Origin: Octopus vulgaris
Lineage: Eukaryota
NCBI GenBank assembly: GCA_951406725.2
Contig: OX597827.1
Coordinates: 15,066,001-15,130,000, forward strand
DNA: 64,000 nt
Reading direction: 5' to 3'
Positions within the stretch are counted from its first letter, which is position 1, and every line of letters starts with the position of its first letter. Positions 52,998 to 64,000 of the stretch are shown one piece after another. Position numbers and translations under genes: made by a program. The notes under the pieces were generated by a model that saw only the letters and a list, made by a program, of their open reading frames with translations, did not search any database and was not told where the DNA came from.

Positions 52998-53390
52998 ACA
53001 ATTCAATTCAATTTTTATTGGCTCAAAATGCAAAAGCAAGGCCATGTAGGGAGACAGGGAGTTATGTACAGGGAGGGTGGTCATACAAAGAGTTCAGGCC
53101 ATTTCTAGTCAAGAGAGACTTTGAACCGAGCAGTCGTCGGCATCTTCACTATCTCGTCTGGCAGTTTATTCCACGGGTCCACAACCCGGACGGAGAAAGC
53201 CCCTCTTCTTCGATTGAGATGAAATCGTCATAGATAGAGCTTTTCGGAGTGACCACGCAGCCCACGCTCTGGAGCAGGAGTGAAGAACAGCTCTTTCGAG
53301 AGGTTACACTTTCCGCTTATGCTGTTGTGAGTGAGAATGAGATCACCACGGTGTCGTCGATTTTCAAGAGAATAAAGGTCGAGCGTCTAC
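52998..53390 (-). mobile_element. CR1-clade LINE 3' fragment (second family), (TTGAA)n tail
   Basis: Minus-strand translation: LDLYSLENRRHRGDLIL...LRGHSEKL...AFSVRVVDPWNKLPDEIV...FKVSLD, with stops. Confidence 0.85.
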
Positions 53391-53894
53391 TTGAAGGAGT
53401 GTATGTTTTTTGCATGTATCTTCCCTTAAAGCAATTGATTTCCGTGCCCATAAAGTGTCTCATAATACCATCAGATGTTATGAGTGTTGCTCTATACACC
53501 AGAGTATTTGAGAGGAAGTATCCTCCCAGTGGGCAGTTGGTAGGATTTCAGTAGTTACAAGTGAGAGTGTAGGGTGAAGACCATGAGGGTATTTCTTTAG
53601 TAGCATGCAATGCTGGAAGCAATGTTATTTGAGTATGAATGGTTTGCCTTGATGTTATGAGAGTTAAATAGTTTATGAGAGCTATGACATCTAGGGAAAT
53701 GCATTTTAATTAGCATCAGGAAGCTCACGATTACATCACTGGAAACATCTTAATCGCATGTAGGATTAAACCAGATTTTGTTTCTCTTTCCCATTCTCTT
53801 TGGATTTCGAAATGGGAGTGCGGGTTCCTTTATATACACTAACTTATAAGTAAATCCACTCCTCACATGTGCCTCATATATGGGGTGTGGTCCT

Positions 53895-54310
53895 TACTCT
53901 TTACTCTTTTATTCTTTTACTTGTTTCAGTCATTTTACTGTGGCCATGCTGGAGCACCGTCAAGCAAATCGACTCCCGGAATTATTCTTTGTAAGCCTAG
54001 TACTTTTTCTATCAGTTTCTTTTGCCGAACCGCTAAGCTACGGGGACATAAACACACCAGCATCGGTTGTCAAGCAATGTTGGGGAGGACAAACACACAC
54101 ACACAAACATATACACACACACATAAATACATATATGTACATATGTACGATGGGCTTCTTTCAGTTTCTGTCAACCAAATCCACTCACAAGGCTTTGGTC
54201 GGCCCGAGGCTATAGTAGAAGACACTTGCCCAAGGTGCCATGCAGTGAGACTGAACCCGGAACCATGTGGTTGGGAAGCAAGCTACTTACCACACAGTCA
54301 CTCCTATGCC
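53895..54310 (-). mobile_element. SINE family A
   Basis: Similar to other family A copies. Confidence 0.9.
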
Positions 54311-54567
54311 TTGTGCACAGGCAGGGTAGAAGAAAAGTAATAACTTATTAAGTTTTCAGTTATTCTATGATATGTTAGTCAAAGGAGGTTTTGTACATGA
54401 GTGTATTTATTGATATGCATGCAAAGGTGCATCGATGAACATGTGTGTAATGCATGTGTATGTGCACCTATATATGCATGTGGATGCTTGGGCTTAGCAA
54501 AGTATACATGAGTGGGAGTATGCAGCAGTATGTGGAATGGTTAATGCAAGTGAGTGACAAGATGAAG

Positions 54568-54641
54568 GTTTGGATTAGCTCAGTCGGTAGAGCACGAGAC
54601 TCTTAATCTCGGGGTCATGGGTTCAGGCCTCACGTTGGGCG
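54568..54641 (+). pseudogene. tRNA-Lys(CTT) pseudogene
   Basis: TAGCTCAGTCGGTAGAGCACGAGACTCTTAATCTCGGGGTC matches the metazoan tRNA-Lys-CTT D and anticodon arms. The 5' acceptor strand (GTTTGGAT) and T-arm (TTCAGGC) are mutated. TTTTT at 54648-54652. Confidence 0.8.
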
Positions 54642-54653
54642 TATGCCTTTTTA

Positions 54654-54887
54654 GGGCAGCGAGCTGGCAGAAACGTTAGCACACCAGGCGAAATGCGTAG
54701 CCGTATTTCGTCTGCCGTTACGTTCTGAGTTCAAATTCCGCCAATGTCGACTTTGCCTTTCATCCTTTCGGGGTCGATAAATTAAGTACCAGTTACGCAC
54801 TGGGGTCGATGTAATCGACTTAATCCGATTGTCTGTCCTTGTTTGTTCCCTCTGTCTTTAGCCCCTTGTGGGTAGTAAAGAAATAGG
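54654..54887 (+). mobile_element. SINE family B (young)
   Basis: Full length, directly after the tRNA poly-T. Confidence 0.92.
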
Positions 54888-55190
54888 TACACTACTTGTC
54901 ACTCACAACAGACTACAGTAATTCTTACAAACCTGTTTTATTTGCCTACCAGAGAGCTGGTTATTTGAAGCTGATATTATAGACCTGTCAAAGAACTGAC
55001 CATTAATGATTCTTACTACTGATTTGTGACTGTCGCTGTTCTTACCATAGTTGATATTCTTGCTAATATTATTGTCATAGTTGTTGTCACAGTGGTTGGT
55101 ATTGCCATTGGAGTTGTTTTTGCTGTTGGTGTCCTCATCATTGAATCTAAAGAAATCTGGAGTTATCTCTTTTCCTTCCCTTCTCTCTAT

Positions 55191-55228
<38 letters not shown>

Positions 55229-55231
<3 letters not shown>

Positions 55232-55484
55232 TCATCATCATCGTTTAATGTCCGTTTTCCGTGCTAGCATGGGTTGGACGGTTCGACCGGGGTCTGGGAA
55301 GCCATGGAGGCTGCACCAGGCTCCAGTCTTGATCTGGCAGTGTTTCTACAGCTGGATGCCCTTCCTAACACCAACCACTCCGTGAGTGTAGTGGGTGCTC
55401 TTTACGTGCCACCGGCACAGGTATCACAACTACAATTTCCATTTGATATTTATTTTGATGTTGATGTTATGTACTTGACTCAAT

Positions 55485-55485
<1 letters not shown>
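55229..55485 (-). mobile_element. Family R copy
   Basis: Similar to other family R copies. Confidence 0.85.
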
Positions 55486-55537
<52 letters not shown>

Positions 55538-55574
55538 AATGATTGCAAGTGTGTACAAGTTTGTGTGTGTGTGT

Positions 55575-55771
55575 TCTTTTATGCTTTTGTTTCAGTCATT
55601 TGACTGCGGCCATGCTGGAGCACTGCCTTTAGTCAAACAAATCGGCCGCAGGACTTATTCTTTGTAAGCCTAGTACTTATTCTATCAGTCCCTTTTGCTG
55701 AACCACTAAGTTACAGGGATATCGGTTGTCAAGTGATGGTGGGGTGACAAACACAGACACACAATACATGC

Positions 55772-55813
<42 letters not shown>

Positions 55814-55976
55814 CAGGCTTCTTTCAGTTTCTGTTTACCAGATCCACTCACAAGGCTTTGGTTGGCTCAAGGCTATAACAGAAGACCACTTGCCCAAGAT
55901 GCCATGCAGTGGGACTGAACCCAGAACCATGTGATTGGGAAGCAAGTCTCTTACCACACAACCACTCCTACGCCTA
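55575..55976 (-). mobile_element. SINE family A
   Basis: Similar to other family A copies. Confidence 0.85.
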
Positions 55977-56063
55977 TATATATATACATATATATATGTG
56001 TGTGTGTATATGTGTGTGTGTGTGTATATATACACACACATCTCAACTAGCAGGACTCACTAC

Positions 56064-56118
56064 CCTGGACTGATGACGGGAAAGACAGGAAAGACCCAGA
56101 AACATGCATGTCTTCAGG
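56064..56118 (+). ncRNA. Type I hammerhead-ribozyme-like motif with 10-nt palindromic helix III
   Basis: CCTGGA / CTGATGA / C-GGG..CCC-A / GAAA-CATGCAT-GTC / TTCAGG. ACATGCATGT is a perfect palindrome and the cleavage triplet is GUC. Confidence 0.7.
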
Positions 56119-57700
56119 TGCTGGCCCTAGCTGGTGGGGGCTTCTTGTCTCCCCTTCGTAAATATAAGGACACAGGAAATGTGTCAAAGCCGACAGGAAG
56201 CGTCGATGCTTCCTAGGGCTAAATAGCGGTGGTGTAATTCCCTTTACGGGACTGTCACGTTTAGTTGACAGTATACAACCAATCTATCGCTCCACCACCG
56301 CTCATATCTCTTTGAGACATTTAGAAATTCAATATTTCTAATATATATATATATAAATGAAAGCATGACGGACCCCAATATACTCTCCATATCAACATTT
56401 CTATTTATTTTCTTCACTCTACCACCTGATGTTCTATATTCTGCCACTGCGTTAATGTTGTAGATATTAGGTCATTACCTGTCACTATGCTACAAGTAAT
56501 ATGTTTGTTGATCATGCATGTACCTTCCTTTAATAGTAAACAGTTATATAGTGAAAGTCTCACTTATTACTATGGTGACAACACTACCTATCTATCTTTC
56601 ACACTCTCTTTCTCTCAACAACAACAACAAACTGTCATTATATTGAAGGTCTTTTTTTTAAAGTCTGTGATGTGTTGTCTCTATGTTGAAAAAGATACAG
56701 AAACCCACAGGCATACACACAGAAATATACACAAAGACACAAGCAACCAAAAAAATAACTAACTATATTGTTATATAGTGAAGGGGTTTTTTTTTCTGAA
56801 ATCTGAATTGCTTTGTATTGACAGACTTGCACTTAAAATTCCTGTTTTTAATCAAAATTTGTTGGTTATTATGGTGACAACACTACCTATTTATCTACCT
56901 TTCACACACACTCTCTCATTCTCATAGTATTTCTCACTCAACAACAACTTTTTCCCTTCCTCTTCTTCCCTTCTTTCACATATATCTTGTAACAGACAGA
57001 CAGATGGAGATCAGCTCCTCTTTTATAATATAAGACTTTAATATACTGAGCAAACTCTACACTATACTTTGAATTTTTTGCCAAAACTCTGATGAAATGT
57101 ATTGATAATATTATATAACTTCGGCAAGCAGTTGTGTAATCCTATCAGTTGATTTACTGAAATGTGTGTAGGTTTGATACGGCTTAAAATACCAAATGTG
57201 TTTTCTGTATTTTATTAATACTCTGTATGTGCATGTGTGTGTGTGTGCATCTCTGTATGCATATGTGTGTGTGTGTGTGCATGCATACAATTCCAATCCT
57301 GACAAAAAAAAACAAATATGGTTTAATAAAATGACAATATATTACTGGTACTCATTTCATCAGTCTTGGAGAGTTATGTAAGGTAAATGAAGGCTCTATA
57401 CTCACGAGCAAACATAACTACTTCTTTGCACTTTAAAACCATAAAAATAAAAGCCTCAGTTTCCGAAGATTAATGATCATCAAAGTATTTAATTGCAGAT
57501 AGATAGCACAAAATCTCATTCAGAACTCAGCAGACCACTCACTAATCCACAAAAAATACTCCAAGTACTTCAGTTACAGTATCAATTTACACAGACATGT
57601 AAATTGTATGTATGTATGTATGTATGCATGTATGCATGTGTATGTGTGTGTGTGTGCATATATGTGTGTATACAAGGGTGTATGAATGCATTTATGTATT

Positions 57701-57742
<42 letters not shown>

Positions 57743-57749
57743 TTTTTTA

Positions 57750-58140
57750 TAGTGGCTGTGTGGTAAGTAGCTTACTTACCAACCACATGGTTCCAGGTTC
57801 AGTCCCACTGTGTGGCACCTTGGGCAAGTGTCTTCTACTATAGCCTCAGGCCGACCAAAGCCTTGTGAGTGGATTTGGTAGCCGACAACTGAAAGAAGCT
57901 CATCCTATATATGTATATATATATATGTATGTGTGTCTGTGTTTGTCCCCCCAACATTGCTAGACAACCGATGCTTGTGTGTTTACATCCCTGTAACTTA
58001 GTGGTTTGGCAAAACAGACCAATAGAATAAGTACTAGGCTTACAAAGAATAAGTCCTGGGGTCGATTTGCTCAACTAAAGGTGGTGTTCCAGCATGGCCT
58101 CAGTCAAATGACTGAAACAAGTAAAAGAGTAAAAGAGATA
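57750..58140 (+). mobile_element. SINE family A
   Basis: Similar to other family A copies. Confidence 0.88.
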
Positions 58141-58167
58141 TATATATAGATAGATAGATAGTTATAG

Positions 58168-58212
<45 letters not shown>

Positions 58213-58670
58213 TGTGTGTGTGCATGTGTAATCCACCATTCAATTCTAGTGGATTTAATCAACACAGAACCCAAGCAGGAAATTCTCTGATATTCAGAAG
58301 TCAGGCAGACTGGTAGGCAGTCGGGCTTAGCTTTGTGGGGTAGGGCTACTTGAATGATTCTAATTTGAGCATCATCTTTCATAACAAATTCTTATCTATA
58401 TCACTTGCCCCTGATAAGCCACCAGCACAGTAGGTGTACTCTCGCATGTACACACACACACACACACACAATTTATGTATATATATGTGTGTGTGTATTA
58501 TGTATGTATTATGTATGTATGTATCTGTGTGCGTGTATGTACATGAATACGTACATGTGTATGTTTGTGTGTATGTGTGTTTGTGTGTTTGTGTGTGTGT
58601 GTAGTGAGTGTATGTAGGTAAAAAGATAAATAGATAAGGGAGGTTGAATATATATTAAATGTATATATAT

Positions 58671-58721
<51 letters not shown>

Positions 58722-58769
58722 TTGTATATATATATATACAGATATTAATATTATATATAATGCGTGTGC

Positions 58770-58844
<75 letters not shown>

Positions 58845-59054
58845 CAGAGAGAGAAGGAGTGACTGGGTGAGAACAAATAAGTTCAGTAGAGATAACACAG
58901 AGTAGTGCTCAAATGTGAATGTAAACCCCAACTTTATTTTTTAATCTATATTTTTGTGCACCATGTAAATATGTCTCAAGCCTAACTCTATCTACACCAT
59001 ACTACCTCTCTCTCTTTCTGTGTGTTTGTGTATATATATATATATATATATATA

Positions 59055-59345
59055 ATCAATAATAATAAAGGGTAAAATTAATTAATTAATTAATTAGTAA
59101 TTAATAATTCTACCAAGTAGTGTTCAGCATGTTAAAAGGACCATTTACAGTAAACTTCAACATTACTTTATATAATTATGAGTATAATTATAATTAGGGT
59201 TCAGCAAAAAAAATTTGCTTTGCCACATACCGAACTTTTAGAAATAGCAGCCAAAGAACTAAATTTCTTCTACTATAAGAAGAATCTCCCAGACAACGTA
59301 TACTCAAAAACAATTCACGTAGACATAGAGGAAAAATATAACGAA
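59055..59345 (+). mobile_element. Linear copy of the repeat that is folded back at 23955-24305
   Basis: Shares AAAGGGTAAAATTAATT...TAGGGTTCAG...CCGAACTTTTAGAAATAGCAGCC...CTCCCAGACAA; lies between (TA)n tracts. Confidence 0.8.
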
Positions 59346-59371
59346 AACAAAAATTCATATATATATATATA

Positions 59372-59676
59372 CAGGACCAGATACTGCAACAGCTTGGGTT
59401 TCAGGGGACCACAGCTCTTCAATATCCTTCCTAAATTCCTGAGAGACCTGCATTTTGTGGAAGTGGGTTTCTTTAAAACTAAACTGGATCGCTTTTTGTC
59501 AGGGGTTCCAGATGAACCTACCTCTCAGCAGGAAACACAGATGCGGTGTCAAACTCCCTTGTTGACCAAGTGTCACGTATCAGAGGTGGTACCACATACT
59601 AGTGTAGCACATTTAACTGGTGCCCCAGCATGGCCACAGCTTTCGGGCTGAAATATTTTTAAGGATTTAAGGATTT

Positions 59677-59677
<1 letters not shown>
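59372..59677 (+). mobile_element. Non-LTR (CR1/L2-group-like) LINE 3' fragment; candidate partner of SINE A
   Basis: NSLGFRGPQLFNILPKFLRDL...FKTKLDRFLSGVPDEP ORF end. The 3' UTR ends GGTGCCCCAGCATGGCCACAGCTTTCGGGCTGAAA plus (TTTAAGGA) repeats. Confidence 0.8.
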
Positions 59678-59710
<33 letters not shown>

Positions 59711-59842
59711 GCACACACACACACACAATAATTATATATATATCATCATCATCATCGTCATCGTCATCATTGTTTAGTGTCTGTTTTCCATGCTGGCATG
59801 GGTTGGATGCTTTGACTGGGAGACTAGCAAGCCAGTAGGTTA

Positions 59843-60625
59843 CTAAACTTTTCATATCCCACCAAACAGATAACAGCACTTTATGTGGGTGAATACCTTC
59901 TTTAGCCTGGGGAGCTGGTGTTTCTTCTTTCCCTACCCACTGTTTTCGGTGCTTATCATTTTTATAGAGAACCCATTTCTCATCACCAGTCACTATCCGG
60001 TCCAAAAAAAGGTCCATTCATGAAACATGAGAACAAAGAAGAGCACAAATTCATTCTCTGTGCGTGATTAGACTCAGGAAGTTTATGAGGAACCCATTGA
60101 CCCAATTTGTTAACTATTCCAATGGCATGCAGGTATCGATGAATGGTTGAATGCCTAAACCTAAGCTTCTCTGCAAGTTCCTCAATAGCTACAATGAGAT
60201 TTTGTTTCACCAGGGTTTGCAGGACATCCTCATCAAGCTCTACAGATCTTCCAGGATGAGGCTCATCTTCTAAGCCGTAATTTCCAGCTCAGAATTTCTG
60301 GAGCCACCACTGACACTGGCTTATGCTTATTGTCTGATCCCCACATACTGCATTAATATTCCTCGCACTTTCCATTGCATTGTTACCTTTATTGAACTCA
60401 TAAAACAAAATATGCTGAATATGCTCCTTTGTCACTTCCATTATAGCTTTGAAAAAAATAACTTAAAAATCGAACTGCACTCTACAAAACCTGCACTAAG
60501 AATAAATACAAGTTAAAATTACTACCTGCTTTTAAGTAAGTTGGTGCGGGTAGTTTATCCCGTCCCCCTCTGACTTTTAGTTCTTGCAATTGAAAAAGCC
60601 GCAATATTTGTAAGATGACCCAATA
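59843..60625 (-). mobile_element. Tc1/mariner (mariner-type) transposon 5' half; transposase pseudogene
   Basis: TIR-like TA-TTGGGTCATC...; ATG at 60441 (MEVTKEHIQHILFYEF); WVPHKL and IVTGDEKW motifs. Stop at ~60290 and frameshift at ~60010. Truncated next to a family R tail. Confidence 0.9.
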
Positions 60626-60724
60626 TAACAATACAAATTATTTAGATGTTTTTAAGTCAAGGAATTAGAATTTTCTTATTGTTAAATAAAATTTCATCAA
60701 AGCATTTCTCTATCATTTATGAAT

Positions 60725-60763
60725 TTATATATATATATGTATGTATATATATATGTATGCATG

Positions 60764-60803
<40 letters not shown>

Positions 60804-61000
60804 CATGTATGTATATATATATATATATATGTATGCATGTATGTATATATATATATATATGTATGTATGCATGTATGTATATATATATATATGTATGTAT
60901 GCATGTATGTATATATATATATATGTATGTATGCATGTATGTATATATATATATATATATGTATGCATGCATGTATATATATATATATATATATGTATAT
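60725..61000. repeat. (TA)n-TGTATGCATG compound minisatellite
   Basis: Read directly. Confidence 0.92.
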
Positions 61001-61398
61001 ATTCTTTTATTCTTTTATTTGTTTCAGTCATTTGACTGCAGCCATGCTGGAGAACCGGCTTTAGTCGAAACAAATCGACCCCAGAACTTATTCTTTTTAA
61101 GTCTAGTACTTATTTTATCAGTCTCTTTTGCTGAACTGCAAAGTTACAGGGATGTAAACAAACCAGCATCAGTTGTCAAGCGATGCTGGGGGACAAACAC
61201 AGACATACAAACACATATATATATACATATATATGACAGGCTTCTTTCAGTTTCCATCTATCAAATCCACTCACAAGGCTTTGGTCAGTCTGAGGCTATA
61301 GTAGAAGACACTTGCCCAAGGTGCCACACAGTGGGACTGAACCCATAACCATGTGGTTGATAAGCAAGCTACTTACCATACAGCCACTCCTGTGCCTA
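61001..61398 (-). mobile_element. SINE family A
   Basis: Similar to other family A copies. Confidence 0.88.
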
Positions 61399-61835
61399 TA
61401 TATATTCATGTATTTTTTTACCAGGCATGAATTTGCATCTTTCCAGTTTTCCTTTTTGCTCTTACTGGTATGTGTATAATCATTCTTGTATCTCTCTTAA
61501 GATTATTTCTGTTTGTCTTCAGCTGTATGAGAGCATCCTACATTTTATTTTAAAAGTGGGTCTGTTTAGAAACCCAGATTTGTGTCTGGAGAAAAATATA
61601 CAACTTTACTTTAATAGGTATAACAAATATTTATTTTTGTATATTTTTTCCCATCTTACCATATTTATATTCCAATGTTTTTATTATCTCTCCAAACATG
61701 AATTCATTTGCATATTTGTTTAGCCTTCTGCTAAAAAGCTTTACACGAAAAAAAATATTTTGTTATAGTTACGAAATATTTATTTGTATGATGTGTGTGT
61801 GTGAGTGTGTGAGTGTATGTGTGTGTGTATGTGTG

Positions 61836-61871
<36 letters not shown>

Positions 61872-62700
61872 CAAGCATGGTTGTGTGATTTGGGAGTTTG
61901 CTTCACAACAGCAAGTCCTAGGTTTCACTACAGCAAATACTATGGTTTAGGGTTCCGTCCCACTCAGTGGGACCTAGGACAAGTGTCTTTTAATATAATT
62001 CAGGACCAACCAATGCCATGTGAGTAAATTTAGAGGGAAAATGTATGGAAACCTGTTATATATAGTAATTTCAAATGTTTGCACAAGGCCAGCAACTTCA
62101 GGAGAGGGGGTTTGTTGATTACAATGCTCCACCCCAATGCTCGACAGGTACTTATTTTATCAATCTCAAATGGATGAAAGGCAAAGTCAACCAGGGTAGA
62201 ATTTGAACTCAGAACATAAAGACAGACAAAACACTGCTAAGCATTTGGCTTAGTAGTGTGTGTGTGTGTGTGTGTGTGTCTGCATGCATGCATATATGTG
62301 CATGCGTGTGCTCAGGCATGGTTGTGGGATTAAGGGATGTACTTCACAACAACACAGTTTAGGGGTCAGTCCCAACGCATGGCACCCAGAACAAGTGCCT
62401 TTTAATATAACCTGAGATTGTTCAATGCTTTCTGAATAAATTTAGTTGAGGAAACTGTACAGAAACCTGTTGTATATATATCATTGTGTGTGTGTGTGTT
62501 TACAACTTTGTATTTGTGCTTATCTTCCACAACTTAACAAACCAGCATTGCTAAAGTCATCACAGTTTTTGCAATTTAGCCAAAAGAGTCTGCTAGGATA
62601 ACTGCCAAATTTCAAATAGGTACCAGGGTCAATTTGTTTGACTAAGACCTTTGAGGTGGTGCCCCAGCATGGCCTTAGTTCGATGAATGAACCTTGAAAA

Positions 62701-62736
<36 letters not shown>

Positions 62737-62739
62737 CCA

Positions 62740-63190
62740 ATGACAGCACTGCCTGACTCCCCTTTGTGCCAGTGGAACGTTAAAAGCACCATCCGAGCGT
62801 GACCGATGCCAGAACCACTGACTGGCTCTCATGCCAGTGGCACATAAAAAGCACCATTCGAGCGTGATCGTTACCAGCGTCACCTTAGTGGCATGTGAAA
62901 AGCAACATTTGAGCGAGGTCGTTGCCAGGGCCGCTGGACTGGCTCCTGTACGGGTGGCACATGAAAAACACCATTTGAATGTGGCCATTACCAGTACCGC
63001 CTGACTGGCTCTCTTGCGCCAGTGGCACGTAAAAGCACCCACTACACTCTCAGAGTTGTTGGCGTTAGGAAGGGCATCCAGCTTTAGAAACTCTGCCAGA
63101 TCAGATTGGAGCCTGGTGCAGCCATCTGGCTCACCAGTCCTCAGTCAAACTGTCCGATGGACACCTGACGTTAAACGATGATGATGATGA
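62740..63190 (+). mobile_element. Family R copy with ~5 internal repeats
   Basis: GTGGCAC(A/G)TAAAAAGCACC repeats and (GAT)n tail. Confidence 0.85.
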
Positions 63191-63439
63191 TATATATATA
63201 TATATAAATGCATCTATAAACTTTTATTCTTTATTCTTTTGCTTGTTTCAGTCACTAGATTGCTGCCATTTTAGTTTGTCACTTCCGTGCGTTTTTGCCA
63301 GGCCTATTGATTCTAGTACCTAGTTCCATCGAGTACTTATATTGTTAATTTCCACATGTCAAACTGCTAAGTTACAGGAAATAAACGGACACAACATAAT
63401 CATAAACATAAACATGAATGCATACATATACATATATTT

Positions 63440-63742
63440 ATGGCTGCCCCCTCGTTATCGAGTATGGCCATTGCACGAAGCTTAACTGTTACTGGTGCTG
63501 TGATCGAATGTGACTTTTTAGCCCAGCTAAAGATCTACAATGTCTTGTACAGAATTGGCAACTAAAACCTTTACTGGTAATAACCGGCTGTAGTTGTAAC
63601 TGGGCTTCATGTACCTTTGCATGTCGTTTAAGTCCACCTGCCAAATTACACTCTCTTCCACATGCCTGACAGATATGATTAGTATGGTGTGTTACACCAC
63701 CACCAGTGGCCAGGTTGTCACTCATCTGTCTCGTTTTATGAC
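63440..63742 (-). mobile_element. LINE 3' fragment (probably RTE-group) ending in two C2H2 zinc fingers
   Basis: CQACGREC...LKRHAKVH and CQFCTRHC...LKSHIRSQH*, followed by a 45-nt tail shared with 20673-20717. Embedded between microsatellites. Confidence 0.7.
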
Positions 63743-63819
63743 ATATACATATACATATAACATGCATACACATACACACATATAATGCAAATATATACAT
63801 ATATATATATATATGCATA

Positions 63820-63924
63820 CAGACAGGCGGGCGGGCAGACGGACAGACAAACAAACAAATGAACGGACGGACGGACGGACAGGCAGACAGACAGGCGGAC
63901 GGACAGGCAGGCAGGCAGGCAGGC

Positions 63925-63961
<37 letters not shown>

Positions 63962-64000
63962 GGCAGGCAGGCAGGCGGGCGGGCAGACAGACAGACAGAC
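63820..64000. repeat. (GACA)/(GGCA)/(GGAC) tetranucleotide microsatellite
   Basis: Read directly. Confidence 0.93.

Noticed and set aside
56560-57040. Helitron-like terminus (rc TCTTATATTATAAAA..(GTCT)n) with a local duplication
   Set aside because: No 3' hairpin/CTAG end or second copy was identified, so support is insufficient.
63489-63854. Host C2H2 zinc-finger gene (a family expanded in octopus)
   Set aside because: Only two fingers, no TGEKP linker, a microsatellite N-terminus, and the stop is followed by a tail shared with another retroelement. Better explained as a LINE ORF end.

Overview
This is eukaryotic, repeat-saturated DNA, most likely from an octopus (coleoid cephalopod). That call is inferred from the protocadherin style and the SINE/microsatellite landscape. 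Only one host gene is convincing: a minus-strand protocadherin whose signal peptide, six cadherin repeats, TM helix and proximal cytoplasmic tail lie in one ~2.4-kb exon (CDS 34096-36471) bounded by clear splice sites. The rest is repetitive: a ~147-bp satellite (1-4.6 kb), a triplet-microsatellite domain whose strand polarity flips at ~10.05 kb, several tRNA-derived SINE families, RTE- and CR1-type LINE fragments, a mariner remnant with two mariner MITEs, and a tRNA-Lys(CTT) pseudogene. Nearly all other ORF-track entries are microsatellite or SINE artefacts. The most interesting signals are: (1) five different type-I hammerhead-ribozyme-like motifs with palindromic or near-palindromic helix III in short islands, mostly next to microsatellites (Penelope-like/retrozyme-like); (2) a tail-less SINE that multimerises through the same junction at two loci; (3) SINE/LINE partner pairs visible within the window, one with a covarying 3' stem-loop; (4) head/tail shuffling among SINE families; (5) loss of the EC3-side Ca2+ ligands at the protocadherin EC3-EC4 linker. 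Family names A, B, C, D, E, R and T are my working labels, not database names.
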